This document shows positions 12,358 to 22,681 of a stretch of 64,000 nucleotides of DNA, piece after piece. How positions within the stretch are numbered: the stretch's first letter is position 1; each line of letters begins with the position of its first letter. The stretch is from assembly GCF_054482525.1 (NCBI RefSeq), contig NZ_CM137006.1; one strand, 5' to 3'. The position numbers were made by a program, and so were the translations under genes. The notes under the pieces are model-generated. The model worked only from the letters and a program-made list of their open reading frames with translations, did no database searches and was not told the DNA's origin.

Positions 12358-13596
12358 ATGGCTGACACTCGCCCTGAACGTCGCTTTACGCGCATTGATC
12401 GTCTCCCGCCCTACGTTTTTAATATTACCGCTGAACTGAAAATGGCTGCGCGTCGGCGCGGCGAAGATATTATCGATTTCAGTATGGGTAACCCGGACGG
12501 TGCGACTCCGCCGCATATCGTCGAAAAATTATGTACGGTGGCCCAGCGCCCGGACACGCATGGTTACTCCACGTCACGCGGCATTCCGCGGCTACGTCGC
12601 GCCATTTCCCGCTGGTATCAGGATCGCTACGACGTTGAAATCGACCCGGAATCAGAAGCTATCGTCACTATTGGTTCGAAAGAGGGACTGGCGCATCTGA
12701 TGCTGGCGACGCTGGATCATGGTGACACGGTGCTGGTGCCGAATCCAAGCTACCCCATTCATATTTATGGCGCGGTGATTGCCGGGGCGCAGGTACGCTC
12801 AGTGCCGCTGGTGGAAGGTGTCGATTTCTTCAACGAACTGGAACGCGCCATTCGCGAAAGTTATCCGAAACCGAAGATGATGATCCTCGGCTTCCCGTCG
12901 AATCCAACCGCGCAATGCGTGGAGCTGGAGTTCTTCGAAAAGGTTGTGGCGCTGGCGAAACGCTACGATGTGCTGGTGGTCCATGACCTGGCCTATGCCG
13001 ATATCGTCTACGATGGCTGGAAAGCGCCGTCAATCATGCAGGTGCCGGGTGCACGCGATGTGGCGGTCGAGTTCTTTACGCTGTCGAAAAGCTATAACAT
13101 GGCGGGCTGGCGTATCGGCTTTATGGTTGGCAACAAAACGCTGGTCAGCGCCCTGGCACGTATTAAAAGCTATCACGATTACGGCACCTTTACGCCGTTG
13201 CAGGTGGCAGCGATTGCGGCGCTGGAGGGAGATCAACAGTGCGTGCGCGACATTGCTGAACAGTACAAACGCCGCCGTGATGTACTGGTAAAAGGGCTGC
13301 ATGAAGCGGGCTGGATGGTCGAAATGCCGAAGGCTTCGATGTATGTCTGGGCGAAAATCCCGGAACCGTATGCTGCCATGGGCTCGCTGGAATTTGCTAA
13401 GAAGCTGCTGAACGAAGCGAAGGTCTGTGTCTCTCCGGGGATTGGCTTTGGCGACTACGGCGACACGCATGTTCGCTTTGCACTGATTGAAAACCGCGAT
13501 CGTATTCGCCAGGCGATTCGTGGAATTAAAGCGATGTTCCGTGCCGACGGTTTACTACCCGCCAGCAGCAAACATATTCACGAAAACGCGGAATAA
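12358..13596 (+). CDS. alaC: Glutamate-pyruvate aminotransferase (class I PLP aminotransferase)
   Basis: 412 aa; [15 protein letters not shown]-lysine motif. Confidence 0.93.
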   Translation: MADTRPERRFTRIDRLPPYVFNITAELKMAARRRGEDIIDFSMGNPDGATPPHIVEKLCTVAQRPDTHGYSTSRGIPRLRRAISRWYQDRYDVEIDPESEAIVTIGSKEGLAHLMLATLDHGDTVLVPNPSYPIHIYGAVIAGAQVRSVPLVEGVDFFNELERAIRESYPKPKMMILGFPSNPTAQCVELEFFEKVVALAKRYDVLVVHDLAYADIVYDGWKAPSIMQVPGARDVAVEFFTLSKSYNMAGWRIGFMVGNKTLVSALARIKSYHDYGTFTPLQVAAIAALEGDQQCVRDIAEQYKRRRDVLVKGLHEAGWMVEMPKASMYVWAKIPEPYAAMGSLEFAKKLLNEAKVCVSPGIGFGDYGDTHVRFALIENRDRIRQAIRGIKAMFRADGLLPASSKHIHENAE

Positions 13597-13615
13597 ACAC
13601 CGACCTCAAAAATGC

Positions 13616-13645
13616 AAACAGGAGCCTGATGGCTCCTGTTTTTCA
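13616..13645. terminator. Bidirectional rho-independent terminator (alaC / ypdK)
   Basis: aaacaggagcc-tgat-ggctcctgttttt perfect hairpin flanked by A-tract and T-tract. Confidence 0.75.
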
Positions 13646-13660
13646 TTGCACAGTTTGCTT

Positions 13661-13732
13661 TTAGATCATCAGGGCAAAAGTACCGGCCCAAACGATGACC
13701 ATAAAAGAAATGCCCATAAAGAAATATTTCAC
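13661..13732 (-). CDS. ypdK: 23-aa small membrane protein
   Basis: Hand translation of reverse strand from GTG: VKYFFMGISFMVIVWAGTFALMI-stop; too short for the ORF track. Confidence 0.6.
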   Translation of the reverse strand: MKYFFMGISFMVIVWAGTFALMI

Positions 13733-14030
13733 TTTACATCTCTCCGCGTAATTACTGTTACGCCTGAATGACTTCATTACACCTGATACAGTGAGTTGAC
13801 ACCGGGCAAAACGACCTTAAAAGTCCTGTATTTTACCGTGGGCATCACCCCAGAATTCTGAGCTAAACTGCTCCAGACGGCGCTAATGTACGCCTAAAAC
13901 TGAAACGAGACAAGAGGCATTTTCTTATTTACTTTTAGTAACTTACAGGTGTCTCATATCGGCGACAGTTTAATTTCTGACGGTAATAATTAGAGATTCA
14001 GCGAAGGAAAAAACCTTAAGAAAAAAGCCA

Positions 14031-14066
14031 TAAAAACCATGAGGTTATTATGGCTGATTTGAGGAG
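14031..14066 (-). terminator. Rho-independent terminator after lpxP
   Basis: agccataa / ttatggct stem with T-tract on the minus strand, immediately 3' of lpxP. Confidence 0.55.
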
Positions 14067-14087
14067 GGAAAGAGTAAGAGCAGTTTG

Positions 14088-15008
14088 TTAAATGTATAGC
14101 GACGATTCTCCCACCGGGCGCGTTTTAAAGCGACGGTGGATCCAGAGGTACTGCTCCGGTGCGCGCATGATCTCTTTTTCGATAATCTTGTTCATATAGG
14201 CAGCGGCTTGATTTTCATCTGCCGGGTAGCCTTCCATCTCTGGGGTGATGTACAAACGATATCCGCTGTAATCCGCTTTTCTTACCATCGTTACGGTTAA
14301 CATGGCTGCGCCAGAGAGACGTGAAAGGACATACGTACCATTGGTTGTGGCGACATTTTCCACCGCAAAGAACGGCGCGAAGGAGCTGCCTTTACGACCA
14401 TAATCCTGATCGGGAGCAAACCATACCGCTTCACCTTTCTTCAGTGCACCAACAATGCCGCGCAGATTATTTCTGCCGATCATCGCTTTGTTAGAGCGCA
14501 TGCGCCCACGGGTCTGCACCCATTCCATCAGCTGATTATTATGTGGACGATAGGTAGCCATCATTGGTTGACACAGTCCCATCACGCGGCCGCCCAGTTC
14601 CAGCGACATAAAATGGACGCCGACAACCATTACGCCGCGATTTTGCATTTGTGCGCGTTTAAGGTTATCCAACCCTTCAACATCAAACCATTTACGTACG
14701 CGACTGTCGGGCCAGAACCACGCCATGCCGGTTTCTACCAGCGCCATGCCGAGTGAACGAAAGTTTTCGGCAATCATCTTCTCGCGTTCTTCCGCAGAAT
14801 GCTGTGGGAAACAAAGTTCCAGGTTTTTACGGGCGATAGATTCACGCCGTTTCAGGAATGGTCGCGCCATTGCGCCAATACGCGTGCCGAGAAAGCAGAG
14901 AACAGGATAAGGAAGCTGTACCCAAAGCCAGAGTACACCAAGCCCAAACCATGTGAGCCAGTAGCGAGGATGTAGAAACTCGCGGGAAAATTTGCATTGT
15001 GGAAACAT
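14088..15008 (-). CDS. lpxP: Lipid A palmitoleoyltransferase (cold-induced late acyltransferase)
   Basis: LpxL/LpxM family; likely start MFPQCKFSREF... (306 aa), track ORF extends 22 codons upstream. Confidence 0.9.
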   Translation of the reverse strand: MFPQCKFSREFLHPRYWLTWFGLGVLWLWVQLPYPVLCFLGTRIGAMARPFLKRRESIARKNLELCFPQHSAEEREKMIAENFRSLGMALVETGMAWFWPDSRVRKWFDVEGLDNLKRAQMQNRGVMVVGVHFMSLELGGRVMGLCQPMMATYRPHNNQLMEWVQTRGRMRSNKAMIGRNNLRGIVGALKKGEAVWFAPDQDYGRKGSSFAPFFAVENVATTNGTYVLSRLSGAAMLTVTMVRKADYSGYRLYITPEMEGYPADENQAAAYMNKIIEKEIMRAPEQYLWIHRRFKTRPVGESSLYI

Positions 15009-15360
15009 AGTTACCTTCTGTAGATACGAATTGTTGTATCGCAGAAGATTCCATGTCGACAGCGGTACACTCAATTGGTTGGGCCATCATGTACGACAAT
15101 GGTTCCTGTAAAGAGTGTAAAGACTAGTCAGGACATAACCACGAGGAGCATGAATGCGGTGGCTCTACTTTATCACTGGCTGACTGCTTTCAGCTACTGA
15201 TTATTAATCGTGCAAAGTAAAAAATTTTCCGCACGCAATAGCGTTGCATTTAACGTGCTGTTTTCATTGATGCTTAGCAAAAATTGCCAGAGGTTAAGGA
15301 TTGTCTTACTATTAAAGTGACTGAAGTTACAGGTTTTTTAGCGCGGCAGGAGGTTGAGCT

Positions 15361-15603
15361 ATGATTTATTTATGGATGTTTCTCGCCCTGTGTATTGTCT
15401 GCGTAAGCGGATACATCGGTCAGGTACTGAACGTGATCTCGGCGGTCTCTTCTTTCTTCGGCATGGTGATCCTCGCTGCACTCATTTACTACTTCACCAT
15501 GTGGTTAACTGGCGGTAATGAACTGGTGACGGGGATATTTATGTTTCTTGCCCCGGCTTGTGGCTTGATGATTCGCTTTATGGTGGGGTATGGCAGGCGG
15601 TAG
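15361..15603 (+). CDS. yfdY: DUF2545 small inner-membrane protein
   Basis: 80 aa, two hydrophobic helices. Confidence 0.8.
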   Translation: MIYLWMFLALCIVCVSGYIGQVLNVISAVSSFFGMVILAALIYYFTMWLTGGNELVTGIFMFLAPACGLMIRFMVGYGRR

Positions 15604-15679
15604 TAGTTCAGGATGGATCATTTGGGCAGGTGCTCACATCAGCATCAGGAATGATTGTTCACCTGCCATGTGACAGACG

Positions 15680-15955
15680 CTATCGCACAGGATGAATAAG
15701 ATAATTCGCCTTTGTCGGAAAAGGGGGCTTAATGTCTTCTGTGAGATTTAATGGTGGCGCATCTTCTCTCATCTTAAACAAAATCGCCTGTGATGGCTGA
15801 AGTTTTGTAGAATGAGTTGTCGTCATCATTGACGTTTTTTCTGTCTCTTTATAGCTCGTCTCACTTCCACCACCAGAAATGGAAAATGCAAAAACATTGC
15901 ATGCCATAATAGAGACCAATAAAAATAAGCTAAAAAGCATTAAGTTTACTTTCAT
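15680..15955 (-). CDS. ypdI: Small putative lipoprotein
   Basis: 91 aa; signal peptide with lipobox-like IMAC. Confidence 0.75.
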   Translation of the reverse strand: MKVNLMLFSLFLLVSIMACNVFAFSISGGGSETSYKETEKTSMMTTTHSTKLQPSQAILFKMREDAPPLNLTEDIKPPFPTKANYLIHPVR

Positions 15956-16097
15956 AGAAAGTTATCCTGAAAATGGTTCACTGAGAACCTACGATGTTAT
16001 GGCTGTATTTACATTTAATTAATCAGTATTTACATCGATATAATAAATGACATCTCTTTGTGGTATATAAGAATAGTTCTCTGTGACAGGAAGCATA

Positions 16098-16115
16098 TTC
16101 CTACAATTGTAAGAC
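16098..16115. promoter_or_regulatory. EvgA-box-like 18-bp inverted repeat upstream of yfdX
   Basis: TTCCTACA-AT-TGTAAGAC; a second weaker copy at 16136-16153 (TAACTACA-AC-TGTAAGAT). Confidence 0.5.
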
Positions 16116-16250
16116 TAAAATACTTCTTGCGATAATAACTACAACTGTAAGATAACCCTTTCAAAATGAGCGTTGCTCTCTGATTTCTCATTTCATGCTC
16201 ACCCAATATGATGGCGGCGTTTTCTAAAACTGTTAAAGAATGAGGTAAGT

Positions 16251-16883
16251 ATGAAACGTTTAATTATGGCTACGATGGTCACAGCAGTTCTGGCATCTTC
16301 AACTGTATGGGCTGCTGATAATGCACCGGTAGCGGCACAACAGCAAACTCAGCAAGTTCAGCAAACCCAGAAAACGGCAGCAGCAGAGCGTATCTCTGAA
16401 CAAGGTTTATATGCGATGCGTGACGTGCAGGTAGCGCGCCTGGCTCTGTTTCATGGCGATCCGGAAAAGGCAAAAGAACTGACCAATGAAGCTTCAGCTT
16501 TGTTGTCAGATGACAGTACCGAATGGGCAAAGTTCGCTAAGCCAGGTAAAAAGACCAATGTCAATGATGACCAATATATTGTCATTAATGCATCTGTCGG
16601 AATTTCTGAGAGTTATGTAGCGACACCCGAAAAAGAAGCCGCGATAAAAATTGCCAACGAAAAAATGGCGAAAGGGGATAAAAAGGGCGCAATGGAAGAG
16701 CTGCGCCTGGCCGGTGTTGGCGTAATGGAAAACCAATATCTGATGCCGCTCAAACAGACTCGTAATGCACTTGCTGATGCGCAGAAACTGCTTGATAAAA
16801 AGCAATACTACGAGGCAAACCTGGCGCTTAAAGGTGCGGAAGATGGAATCATCGTCGATAGCGAAGCTCTGTTTGTGAACTAA
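16251..16883 (+). CDS. yfdX: YfdX periplasmic protein (EvgA-induced)
   Basis: 210 aa with signal peptide. Confidence 0.9.
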   Translation: MKRLIMATMVTAVLASSTVWAADNAPVAAQQQTQQVQQTQKTAAAERISEQGLYAMRDVQVARLALFHGDPEKAKELTNEASALLSDDSTEWAKFAKPGKKTNVNDDQYIVINASVGISESYVATPEKEAAIKIANEKMAKGDKKGAMEELRLAGVGVMENQYLMPLKQTRNALADAQKLLDKKQYYEANLALKGAEDGIIVDSEALFVN

Positions 16884-16939
16884 CGCTGACAGGCAGTATA
16901 TTGAGGTAAAGGATTTAACTCCCTCCAGCCGACAATTTT

Positions 16940-16972
16940 TTATGACCACAATACGACAGGTTGTGGTCATAA
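16940..16972 (+). terminator. Inverted repeat after yfdX (possible terminator)
   Basis: ttatgaccacaa / ttgtggtcataa 12-bp perfect arms; tail only weakly T-rich. Confidence 0.35.
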
Positions 16973-17126
16973 AATTATTTGGCGCTCGCGGTTCTATAAA
17001 CTCGCATTTTATCTTCCTCAAAGTAAACCGCAATAATCCCGTGTCATCACAAATCATTTATTATGTTATGTTTTATGGTACGCTTTAAAAGGCGTAATCA
17101 TACCCTTACTTGTAAATCACCGGCGC

Positions 17127-17144
17127 TTCTTACAGTTGTAAGAA
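17127..17144. promoter_or_regulatory. Perfect EvgA-box palindrome upstream of frc
   Basis: TTCTTACA-GT-TGTAAGAA, a perfect 18-bp inverted repeat about 250 bp upstream of the frc start. Confidence 0.6.
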
Positions 17145-17395
17145 TAACATCACAAATGTCGCGGCTCTCTCTGATTACCGCGAACCAATATTTATCATAT
17201 TCTTCTTTTCGTCCTCACTACTTACCATGCAGAAAGGAATTGGAAGTGGCGATGAAATGATTTTCAGCACTTGATACAGGAATTTAAAAATATCGAGTGC
17301 AGCTACGACGATATTTTGCGGATTATTTATAGAGGGCGTTATGCCTTAAATAAACGCTAAATTAACATATATTTAATTAACTAATAGGTATTGCT

Positions 17396-18646
17396 ATGTC
17401 AACTCCACTTCAAGGAATTAAAGTTCTCGATTTCACCGGTGTGCAATCTGGCCCATCTTGTACTCAAATGCTGGCCTGGTTTGGCGCTGACGTCATTAAA
17501 ATTGAACGTCCCGGCGTTGGTGACGTAACGCGTCACCAGCTGCGAGATATTCCTGATATCGATGCGCTTTACTTCACCATGCTTAACAGTAACAAACGTT
17601 CTATTGAATTAAATACCAAAACAGCGGAAGGCAAAGAGGTAATGGAAAAGCTGATCCGCGAAGCTGATATCTTAGTCGAGAACTTTCATCCTGGGGCCAT
17701 TGATCACATGGGCTTCACCTGGGAGCATATTCAAGAAATCAATCCACGTCTGATTTTTGGTTCGATCAAAGGGTTTGATGAGTGTTCGCCTTATGTGAAT
17801 GTAAAAGCCTATGAAAACGTTGCTCAGGCAGCGGGTGGCGCGGCATCCACTACGGGTTTTTGGGACGGTCCGCCGCTGGTAAGCGCTGCAGCGTTGGGTG
17901 ACAGCAACACCGGAATGCATTTACTGATCGGTTTACTTGCTGCTTTGCTGCATCGCGAAAAAACGGGGCGTGGGCAACGAGTCACCATGTCAATGCAGGA
18001 TGCCGTATTGAACCTTTGCCGCGTGAAATTACGCGACCAGCAGCGTCTCGATAAATTGGGTTATCTGGAAGAATACCCGCAGTATCCGAATGGCACATTT
18101 GGTGATGCAGTTCCCCGCGGAGGTAATGCGGGGGGTGGCGGTCAGCCTGGCTGGATCCTGAAATGTAAAGGCTGGGAAACCGATCCTAACGCCTATATTT
18201 ATTTCACTATTCAGGAGCAAAACTGGGAAAACACCTGTAAAGCCATCGGCAAACCAGATTGGATTACCGATCCGGCATACAGTACAGCCCATGCCCGACA
18301 GCCACATATTTTCGATATTTTTGCTGAAATCGAAAAATACACTGTCACTATTGATAAACATGAAGCGGTGGCCTATTTGACTCAGTTTGATATTCCTTGT
18401 GCACCGGTTTTAAGTATGAAAGAAATTTCACTTGATCCCTCTTTGCGCCAAAGTGGCAGTGTTGTTGAAGTGGAACAACCGTTGCGTGGAAAATATCTGA
18501 CAGTTGGTTGTCCAATGAAATTCTCTGCCTTTACGCCGGATATTAAAGCTGCGCCGCTATTAGGTGAACATACCGCTGCTGTATTGCAGGAGCTGGGTTA
18601 TAGCGACGATGAAATTGCTGCAATGAAGCAAAACCACGCCATCTGA
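17396..18646 (+). CDS. frc: Formyl-CoA:oxalate CoA-transferase
   Basis: 416 aa, family III CoA-transferase. Confidence 0.93.
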   Translation: MSTPLQGIKVLDFTGVQSGPSCTQMLAWFGADVIKIERPGVGDVTRHQLRDIPDIDALYFTMLNSNKRSIELNTKTAEGKEVMEKLIREADILVENFHPGAIDHMGFTWEHIQEINPRLIFGSIKGFDECSPYVNVKAYENVAQAAGGAASTTGFWDGPPLVSAAALGDSNTGMHLLIGLLAALLHREKTGRGQRVTMSMQDAVLNLCRVKLRDQQRLDKLGYLEEYPQYPNGTFGDAVPRGGNAGGGGQPGWILKCKGWETDPNAYIYFTIQEQNWENTCKAIGKPDWITDPAYSTAHARQPHIFDIFAEIEKYTVTIDKHEAVAYLTQFDIPCAPVLSMKEISLDPSLRQSGSVVEVEQPLRGKYLTVGCPMKFSAFTPDIKAAPLLGEHTAAVLQELGYSDDEIAAMKQNHAI

Positions 18647-18699
18647 TATTAACGGGGGCTTCTGGCTCCCAATTTATAAAAATTTCGAGGTTATTAATC

Positions 18700-20394
18700 A
18701 TGTCAGATCAACTTCAAATGACAGATGGTATGCATATCATCGTTGAAGCATTAAAACAGAATAATATTGACACTATTTATGGTGTTGTAGGTATTCCTGT
18801 GACGGATATGGCACGCCATGCCCAGGCGGAAGGCATTCGTTATATTGGTTTTCGTCATGAGCAGTCGGCAGGCTATGCCGCTGCGGCAAGCGGTTTTCTT
18901 ACCCAAAAACCAGGGATCTGCCTGACAGTGTCTGCGCCAGGATTCCTCAATGGTTTGACCGCATTGGCCAACGCAACGGTAAATGGTTTTCCGATGATCA
19001 TGATTAGCGGCTCCAGCGACCGCGCGATCGTCGACCTACAGCAAGGTGATTATGAAGAGCTGGACCAAATGAATGCGGCAAAACCGTATGCCAAAGCAGC
19101 ATTCCGCGTTAATCAGCCGCAGGATCTTGGCATTGCATTGGCACGCGCTATCCGGGTCTCAGTATCGGGTCGCCCTGGCGGAGTTTATCTTGATTTACCA
19201 GCAAATGTCTTGGCCGCGACGATGGAAAAAGACGAAGCGTTAACCACGATTGTAAAAGTTGAAAATCCGTCGCCAGCATTATTGCCATGCCCGAAGTCAG
19301 TCACTAGCGCAATTTCGCTTTTAGCAAAAGCTGAACGTCCATTAGTTATCCTTGGCAAAGGTGCGGCGTATTCACAAGCTGATGAACAGCTTCGTGAATT
19401 TATTGAAAGTGCCCAGATTCCATTCCTGCCAATGTCTATGGCGAAAGGGATCCTGGAAGATACGCATCCACTTTCTGCGGCAGCTGCGCGTTCGTTTGCC
19501 CTGGCAAATGCTGACGTTGTCATGCTTGTTGGTGCACGACTGAATTGGTTACTGGCGCACGGTAAAAAAGGATGGGCGGCAGATACACAGTTTATTCAAC
19601 TGGATATTGAACCGCAGGAAATTGACAGCAACCGCCCCATTGCTGTGCCAGTCGTTGGCGATATTGCATCCAGTATGCAAGGTATGCTGGCAGAACTGAA
19701 ACAAAACACATTTACGACTCCACTGGTATGGCGCGATATTTTAAATATCCACAAGCAGCAAAATGCACAAAAAATGCATGAAAAATTAAGTACAGATACT
19801 CAACCATTAAATTACTTTAATGCATTAAGTGCTGTGCGCGATGTATTGCGCGAGAACCAGGATATTTATTTAGTTAATGAAGGTGCAAATACCCTGGATA
19901 ATGCACGAAATATTATTGATATGTATAAACCACGTCGCCGTCTGGATTGTGGTACCTGGGGTGTCATGGGCATCGGTATGGGCTATGCCATCGGTGCTAG
20001 CGTGACCTCTGGTTCTCCGGTTGTCGCCATTGAAGGTGATAGTGCTTTTGGTTTCAGTGGGATGGAGATTGAAACGATTTGTCGATATAACCTGCCGGTG
20101 ACGATCGTTATTTTTAATAATGGCGGCATTTACAGAGGAGACGGTGTTGATCTCAGTGGCGCTGGTGCACCATCACCAACGGATCTGCTGCACCATGCAA
20201 GGTATGACAAATTAATGGATGCGTTTCGTGGCGTTGGCTATAACGTCACTACGACAGATGAACTTCGTCATGCTTTAACCACCGGTATTCAGTCGCGCAA
20301 ACCGACCATTATTAATGTGGTCATCGACCCTGCAGCAGGAACTGAAAGTGGCCATATTACCAAACTTAACCCAAAACAAGTCGCTGGTAATTAA
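18700..20394 (+). CDS. oxc: Oxalyl-CoA decarboxylase (ThDP-dependent)
   Basis: 564 aa; ThDP-binding motif region GDSAFGFSGME...NNGG. Confidence 0.93.
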   Translation: MSDQLQMTDGMHIIVEALKQNNIDTIYGVVGIPVTDMARHAQAEGIRYIGFRHEQSAGYAAAASGFLTQKPGICLTVSAPGFLNGLTALANATVNGFPMIMISGSSDRAIVDLQQGDYEELDQMNAAKPYAKAAFRVNQPQDLGIALARAIRVSVSGRPGGVYLDLPANVLAATMEKDEALTTIVKVENPSPALLPCPKSVTSAISLLAKAERPLVILGKGAAYSQADEQLREFIESAQIPFLPMSMAKGILEDTHPLSAAAARSFALANADVVMLVGARLNWLLAHGKKGWAADTQFIQLDIEPQEIDSNRPIAVPVVGDIASSMQGMLAELKQNTFTTPLVWRDILNIHKQQNAQKMHEKLSTDTQPLNYFNALSAVRDVLRENQDIYLVNEGANTLDNARNIIDMYKPRRRLDCGTWGVMGIGMGYAIGASVTSGSPVVAIEGDSAFGFSGMEIETICRYNLPVTIVIFNNGGIYRGDGVDLSGAGAPSPTDLLHHARYDKLMDAFRGVGYNVTTTDELRHALTTGIQSRKPTIINVVIDPAAGTESGHITKLNPKQVAGN

Positions 20395-20463
20395 ATACTG
20401 ACATCGTCTCCTCTTGCCAACTCATTATGCGATGGTGAGGGGACCCTTATCGGAAATACTATT

Positions 20464-21408
20464 ATGCTAACATTTTTTATTGGCGATTTATTGCCTATTA
20501 TCGTAATCATGCTGTTGGGTTATTTTAGCGGCAGACGAGAAACTTTTTCAGAAGATCAAGCCCGGGCATTTAATAAACTGGTATTAAACTACGCTCTTCC
20601 TGCGGCTCTATTTGTATCTATTACCCGGGCAAACAGGGAAATGATTTTTGCGGACACTCGTCTGACCCTTGTATCACTTGTGGTTATTGTCGGATGTTTC
20701 TTTTTCTCCTGGTTCGGTTGCTACAAATTTTTTAAACGTACTCATGCAGAAGCAGCAGTATGTGCATTAATTGCAGGTTCACCTACCATTGGATTCCTGG
20801 GATTTGCAGTTCTCGATCCTATTTATGGTGATTCCGTATCAACAGGTTTAGTGGTAGCAATTATTTCAATTATCGTTAACGCAATTACTATTCCTATTGG
20901 TCTGTATTTGCTGAATCCCTCCTCAGGAGCGGATGGTAAGAAGAATAGTAATCTGAGCGCATTAATTTCTGCGGCAAAGGAGCCAGTAGTATGGGCACCT
21001 GTTCTGGCAACGATCCTGGTGTTGGTTGGGGTAAAAATTCCGGCAGCATGGGACCCAACCTTTAATCTGATTGCGAAGGCTAACTCAGGGGTGGCGGTAT
21101 TCGCTGCGGGGTTGACTCTGGCTGCACATAAATTCGAGTTCAGTGCCGAAATTGCTTATAACACCTTCCTGAAGCTGATTCTGATGCCACTGGCGCTGCT
21201 TCTCGTGGGTATGGCATGTCATTTGAACAGCGAACATCTGCAGATGATGGTACTGGCAGGCGCATTACCGCCGGCATTCTCCGGAATCATTATTGCCAGT
21301 CGGTTTAATGTCTACACCCGCACTGGTACAGCGTCATTGGCTGTGAGCGTACTGGGTTTTGTCGTCACGGCTCCCTTGTGGATTTATGTCAGTCGACTGG
21401 TTTCATAA
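20464..21408 (+). CDS. yfdV: AEC-family (auxin efflux carrier-like) transporter
   Basis: 314 aa polytopic membrane protein. Confidence 0.88.
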
Positions 21409-21436
21409 TTAATCATGTTATTGATTTTACATAAAT

Positions 21437-21467
21437 GCCGAAGTGTCTTTTCACCTTCGGCTTTTTT
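21437..21467 (+). terminator. Hairpin plus T-tract between yfdV and yfdE
   Basis: gccgaagtg / caccttcggc stem followed by tttttt, 15 bp before the yfdE ATG. Confidence 0.5.
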
Positions 21468-21481
21468 CAAGGCATAAGCAA

Positions 21482-22627
21482 ATGACAAATAATGAAAGCA
21501 AAGGGCCGTTTGAAGGCTTATTAGTTATCGATATGACACACGTCCTTAATGGACCTTTCGGAACTCAACTTCTTTGTAATATGGGCGCAAGGGTAATTAA
21601 AGTTGAGCCGCCGGGTCATGGTGATGATACCCGCACATTTGGTCCCTATGTGGATGGACAGTCACTCTATTACAGTTTTATTAATCATGGCAAAGAGAGT
21701 GTGGTTCTTGATTTAAAGAATGATCACGATAAAAGTATATTTATAAATATGCTTAAACAAGCTGATGTATTAGCTGAGAATTTTCGCCCAGGTACAATGG
21801 AAAAACTGGGGTTTTCATGGGAAACGCTACAAGAAATCAACCCGCGCCTCATCTATGCTTCATCGTCAGGTTTCGGACATACCGGCCCGCTAAAAGATGC
21901 TCCTGCCTACGATACCATCATTCAGGCAATGAGCGGGATAATGATGGAAACAGGGTACCCTGATGCTCCGCCAGTGCGTGTTGGTACCTCTCTTGCGGAT
22001 CTATGCGGCGGTGTCTATTTATTCAGTGGAATAGTGAGTGCACTTTATGGCCGCGAAAAGAGCCAGAGAGGGGCGCATGTCGATATAGCGATGTTTGATG
22101 CCACGCTGAGTTTTCTGGAGCATGGTCTGATGGCATATATTGCGACAGGGAAGTCACCACAACGCCTGGGAAATCGCCATCCCTACATGGCACCTTTTGA
22201 TGTTTTTGATACTCAGGATAAGCCGATTACTATTTGTTGTGGTAATGACAAGCTTTTTTCTGCGTTATGCCAGGCACTGGAGCTTACGGAACTGGTTAAT
22301 GATCCCCGATTTAGCAGCAATATTTTACGCGTACAAAACCAGGCTATTCTTAAACAATATATTGAGCGAACGTTAAAAACGCAGGCAGCTGAAGTTTGGT
22401 TAGCCAAAATACATGAAGTTGGTGTGCCCGTCGCGCCGTTATTAAGTGTGGCTGAGGCCATTAATTTGCCACAAACTCAGGCGAGAAATATGTTGATTGA
22501 AGCCGGGGGAATAATGATGCCAGGTAATCCGATAAAAATCAGCGGCTGGGCGGACCCGCATGTTATGCCGGGAGCGGCAACGCTCGACCAGCATGGGGAA
22601 CAAATTCGCCAGGAATTCTCATCGTAA
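21482..22627 (+). CDS. yfdE: Family III CoA-transferase (acetyl-CoA:oxalate CoA-transferase)
   Basis: Paralogous to Frc; likely start MTNNESKGPFEGL (381 aa), track ORF starts upstream at 21443. Confidence 0.88.
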   Translation: MTNNESKGPFEGLLVIDMTHVLNGPFGTQLLCNMGARVIKVEPPGHGDDTRTFGPYVDGQSLYYSFINHGKESVVLDLKNDHDKSIFINMLKQADVLAENFRPGTMEKLGFSWETLQEINPRLIYASSSGFGHTGPLKDAPAYDTIIQAMSGIMMETGYPDAPPVRVGTSLADLCGGVYLFSGIVSALYGREKSQRGAHVDIAMFDATLSFLEHGLMAYIATGKSPQRLGNRHPYMAPFDVFDTQDKPITICCGNDKLFSALCQALELTELVNDPRFSSNILRVQNQAILKQYIERTLKTQAAEVWLAKIHEVGVPVAPLLSVAEAINLPQTQARNMLIEAGGIMMPGNPIKISGWADPHVMPGAATLDQHGEQIRQEFSS

Positions 22628-22649
22628 ATTAAGATGTGCTGGTAAATAG

Positions 22650-22674
22650 CTCCCACATTTGAACATTGTGGGAG
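22650..22674. terminator. Hairpin between convergent yfdE and evgS
   Basis: ctcccaca / tgtgggag 8-bp stem with 9-nt loop. Confidence 0.45.
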
Positions 22675-22681
22675 CCGCAAT

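Noticed and set aside
17063-17260. 65-aa plus-strand track ORF in the frc leader
   Set aside because: No Shine-Dalgarno, sits in a regulatory region containing the EvgA palindrome; more likely 5' UTR than a gene.
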